Shown piece by piece: positions 60,855-64,000 of a stretch of 64,000 nucleotides of DNA. Each line of letters starts with the position of its first letter. Position 1 is the stretch's first letter. The stretch is from Promethearchaeota archaeon (GTDB lineage: Archaea; Asgardarchaeota; Lokiarchaeia; Sigyniarchaeales; SOKP01). Location of the stretch: contig JAHPZA010000010.1 of the NCBI GenBank assembly GCA_019058445.1, forward strand, positions 448,001 to 512,000. Direction: 5' to 3'. The notes under the pieces are model-generated. The model did no database searches. It was not told where the DNA came from and saw only the letters and a list, made by a program, of their open reading frames with translations. The position numbers and the translations under genes were made by a program.

Positions 60855-61017
60855 GTTAATACGATTATCTATTATTGATTTTTTTTTAACTTATTTTTAA
60901 AGATAAATCAAAACATAAGTAGATTTTTAAATAAGAATTTTGTTATTGTAAATATAACTTTAAAAAAAAAAGAGTTGATGTTATATCACAAAATTATACC
61001 TTATTAATAAAGGGGAA

Positions 61018-61977
61018 TTGAACGAAATAAAGAATCCCGTATTCTCTACTGGTGACGTCTATCTCTTAGATGCTGAAAATACAATATATGTATGGATTGG
61101 TACTAAATGCAGTGTCGATGAAAAAACCACTGGCGCTGCAAATGCCCGAAAGTTAGATCAAGAGAGAGGTGGAGCTGCAAAGATTATCACGGTTGATGAG
61201 GGTCAAGAAACTCCAGATTTTCTGAAATCTGTAGCTTCTATGGGAGCAATGAAAGTAGTAACAAAAAATATTGCTAAAACCATGTTGAAAGACGTCGTTA
61301 CAGGTGATTGGGCTCAATTTGCCGAACATAAAAATGTATTATATCGTGTATCGTCTGAAGAATTCGAAAGTATTAATACGATGAAAATGGTTCAAGTACC
61401 TTTCTCAAAAGATCAATTAGACTCCGAGGATTGTTTTGTTGCTGATTTAGGGACTAAAGTATATATTTGGCAAGGTAATGCATGTAGTGTAAAGGAAAAA
61501 GTAAAAGCTGGTGAATGGGCTCGAAAAATTGATGCTGAACGTGCTGGTGCTCAAAATGAAGTGATTTTTGAGGAGGGGAGTGATGCCGAATTTCTTGCTG
61601 CAATTGATAAGGGTGAGGATTATAAAGAATCTGATGCAGTCCAGCTAAGAGCTGAATCAGAACTAGAGCCCGAGACCGAGGCAGATAAAGCTGCTGCTGC
61701 CATTGAACCAGAAATTAAAGCTGAAATAAAAGAAACCCCTGAAATACAAAAAGAGATATCTTCAAGTGCTGCACCGGGAATACCTGGGCAAACTGATGAT
61801 TCCATTATGACAGTCGAAAAAATGGAAGGAAGACGTAAATGTCCTAACTGCGCTAATGAAGATAAGATGATGATTCACGAGTCAGTTGATAAGAGTAATA
61901 TAATTCTTGATTATCCGCGAATGTACGGCAAGAAATATAGATGTGGTCTTTGCGGATGTCTATGGAGAGAAAAATAA
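61018..61977 (+). CDS. Two-domain gelsolin with acidic linker and C-terminal zinc ribbon
   Basis: GDVYLLD…IYVWIG…EK and EDCFVADLG…VYIWQG…EK gelsolin repeats; CPNC…CGLC. Confidence 0.9.
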   Translation: MNEIKNPVFSTGDVYLLDAENTIYVWIGTKCSVDEKTTGAANARKLDQERGGAAKIITVDEGQETPDFLKSVASMGAMKVVTKNIAKTMLKDVVTGDWAQFAEHKNVLYRVSSEEFESINTMKMVQVPFSKDQLDSEDCFVADLGTKVYIWQGNACSVKEKVKAGEWARKIDAERAGAQNEVIFEEGSDAEFLAAIDKGEDYKESDAVQLRAESELEPETEADKAAAAIEPEIKAEIKETPEIQKEISSSAAPGIPGQTDDSIMTVEKMEGRRKCPNCANEDKMMIHESVDKSNIILDYPRMYGKKYRCGLCGCLWREK

Positions 61978-62142
61978 AAATTTTATATATTTTCTTTTTA
62001 TCTTTTTTAATTCTTGAAACGGAATAGATTGAATTAATTAGTTTTTGACCTATCTTAATACTTTAGTTTGTTTTTTTAATGAGGAATAAATTATTAAAGT
62101 ATCTAAGTTATTTTGAGAATAATTCATAAGGAGCAAATTGCT

Positions 62143-63411
62143 ATGAAAGAAAGGATTGAAACCCTTTATAATATTGCAACTAAAAAATATGAAGAGTTAG
62201 GGATTGATACTGAAGGAGTGTTAAGGAATTTACAGAAAATACCTCTTTCAATTCATTGTTGGCAAGGAGATGATGTTGGCGGATTTGAAAAACCAAATGC
62301 GAAGTTAAGCGGCGGTGGAATTCTTGCGACAGGGAATTATTTGGGAAAAGCAAACACTATACAAGAACTCCAACAAGATTTCGAAAAAGTAATGTCTTTA
62401 GTTCCAGGAGAAAACCATCGTTGGAATTTGCATTCCTCTTATGGAGATTTTGGTGGGAAATTTATTGAAAGAAATGAGTTTTCGCCTGAACATTTCCAAG
62501 GCTGGATTGAGTGGGCAAAAGAGAATAAAGTGAAGTTGGATTTAAATAGTACTCTCTTTTCTCATCCTAAAGCTAATGATGGTTTTACATTAAGTAGCAA
62601 ATCGAAAGCTATTCGAGAATTTTGGATTGAACATGTACAGAGATGCAGGGAAATAAGCGCTGAAATAGGAAAAAAATTGGGAGATCCTTGTATTCATAAT
62701 TTATGGATTCCTGATGGATCTAAGGACATCCCAGTTGACCGCATGGGACATAGACAGTTATTAAAAGAATCTCTTGATGATATTTTAGGAAAAAAATACT
62801 CGAATTCAGTGATGAAAGATTCTTTAGAGGGTAAACTATTTGGTATTGGAAGTGAAGCTTTTGTAGTAGGGAGCCATGAGTTTTATTTGAGCTATGCTAT
62901 TGCCAATAAAATAATGGTGACTATTGACACGGGTCATTTTCATCCTACAGAATCAGTTGGAGATAAAATTTCAGCAATAATGCCGTTTTTACCCGAATTA
63001 ATGCTTCATATTAGTAGAGGTTTACGATGGGACAGTGATCATGTAGTAATTGTGAGTGATGATTTAATTCAGTTATTTGAGGAAATAATCAGAAGTCAAG
63101 CGTTAGAAAGAATTCATTTAGGGTTAGATTTTTTCGATCCTTCTATTAATCGTATTGGTGCGTGGGTTATAGGGGCTCGAGCCACGAAAAAAGCGTTATT
63201 ATATGCACTTTTACAACCAATTGAAATTTTAAAAGAATATGAAGAAAATGGCCAAAACTTCCAACGACTCGCACTTTTAGAAGAATTAAAAATCCTTCCC
63301 TTTGGTGCCATATGGGATTATTTTTGCCTTACCAATGATGTGCCAGTGGGTATTAAGTGGATAAAAGAAATTGAGGATTATGAAATAAACGTATTAAAGG
63401 AGAGAATCTAA
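62143..63411 (+). CDS. rhaA: L-rhamnose isomerase
   Basis: SIHCWQGDDV, WIPDG, KLFGIGSE, GHFHPTE, RWDSDH, LDFFD. Confidence 0.95.
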   Translation: MKERIETLYNIATKKYEELGIDTEGVLRNLQKIPLSIHCWQGDDVGGFEKPNAKLSGGGILATGNYLGKANTIQELQQDFEKVMSLVPGENHRWNLHSSYGDFGGKFIERNEFSPEHFQGWIEWAKENKVKLDLNSTLFSHPKANDGFTLSSKSKAIREFWIEHVQRCREISAEIGKKLGDPCIHNLWIPDGSKDIPVDRMGHRQLLKESLDDILGKKYSNSVMKDSLEGKLFGIGSEAFVVGSHEFYLSYAIANKIMVTIDTGHFHPTESVGDKISAIMPFLPELMLHISRGLRWDSDHVVIVSDDLIQLFEEIIRSQALERIHLGLDFFDPSINRIGAWVIGARATKKALLYALLQPIEILKEYEENGQNFQRLALLEELKILPFGAIWDYFCLTNDVPVGIKWIKEIEDYEINVLKERI

Positions 63412-63418
63412 AGAGATT

Positions 63419-64000
63419 ATGTTAGATCTAAAATCTAATAAATTTGGAATAATAGATCCACTTGCAAGAGCACGACTTTTAGTTCATTCTGACATAGGAA
63501 ATGAACCAGATGATCAACAATCTTTAGTGAGATTACTTACCTATGCAAACGAATTCGACATTGAGGGCTTAGTCCCATGTACATCTATGTGGCAAAGAAA
63601 TATCTTAAGGCGAGATTTGATGGAGCAAATAATTGAAGCTTACAGCGGAGAACCACGGGATAATTTGATGAAACATACAGGAGATTATTTTCCAACAAAA
63701 GAAGAACTTTTTGCCATTTTAAAAGATGGCTCTACTGAATATGGAATGGCAGGAGTAGGTCCTGGGAAAGATACTGAAGGATCTGAATTGACGATTAAAG
63801 TCATAGATAAAGAGGATCCAAGACCTATTTGGGTGACTCTTTGGGGCGGTGCAAATGTATTGGCTCAAGCAATATGGAAAGTACGAGAAACACGCACAGA
63901 AAAAGAATTGACTAAATTTATCCGTAAAATAAGGGTATATTGTCATGTTGATCAGGATCATGCATCCCATTGGTTAAAAGATACATTTCCAGAGTTATTT
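63419..64000 (+). CDS. DUF1593 / nucleoside-hydrolase-like protein, truncated by window end
   Basis: SDIGNEPDDQQSLVRLLTYANEFDIEG, WGGANVLAQA, DQD. Confidence 0.8.
   Translation, partial: MLDLKSNKFGIIDPLARARLLVHSDIGNEPDDQQSLVRLLTYANEFDIEGLVPCTSMWQRNILRRDLMEQIIEAYSGEPRDNLMKHTGDYFPTKEELFAILKDGSTEYGMAGVGPGKDTEGSELTIKVIDKEDPRPIWVTLWGGANVLAQAIWKVRETRTEKELTKFIRKIRVYCHVDQDHASHWLKDTFPELF

Overview
AT-rich archaeal chromosomal segment that looks like an Asgard archaeon (Lokiarchaeia/Promethearchaeota). The assignment is inferred from the gelsolin, the ubiquitin-like cascade, the archaeal histone, S30e and a selenoprotein SelD with a eukaryote-like 3' SECIS. The main feature is a clustered ubiquitin-like/proteasome locus (~43.6-54.7 kb): a proteasome beta subunit lacking the catalytic Thr, a soluble coiled-coil RING E3, a divergent coiled-coil protein, a Ubl with a SUMO-like N-tail ending in Ala-Gly instead of Gly-Gly, E1, E2, a JAMM/MPN+ protease, a polytopic membrane RING protein and a second Ubl-fusion ending AG-FF. 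Features missed by the ORF track include: tRNA-Trp with a BHB intron at non-canonical position 42/43, UGA-recoded selD plus its SECIS, two probable ATC start codons, a DNA methyltransferase pseudogene, small ORFs, TetR operators, an 85-bp duplicated tetR 3' end, a possible Lys/Thr-rich leader before asd and an unexplained structured RNA. The rest is housekeeping or metabolic (mfnE/mfnF-like, proAB, asd, type II PanK, rhaA, NOG1, peptidases), plus a solo TnpB and a LAGLIDADG endonuclease. All calls come from reading motifs by eye; no database searches were run.
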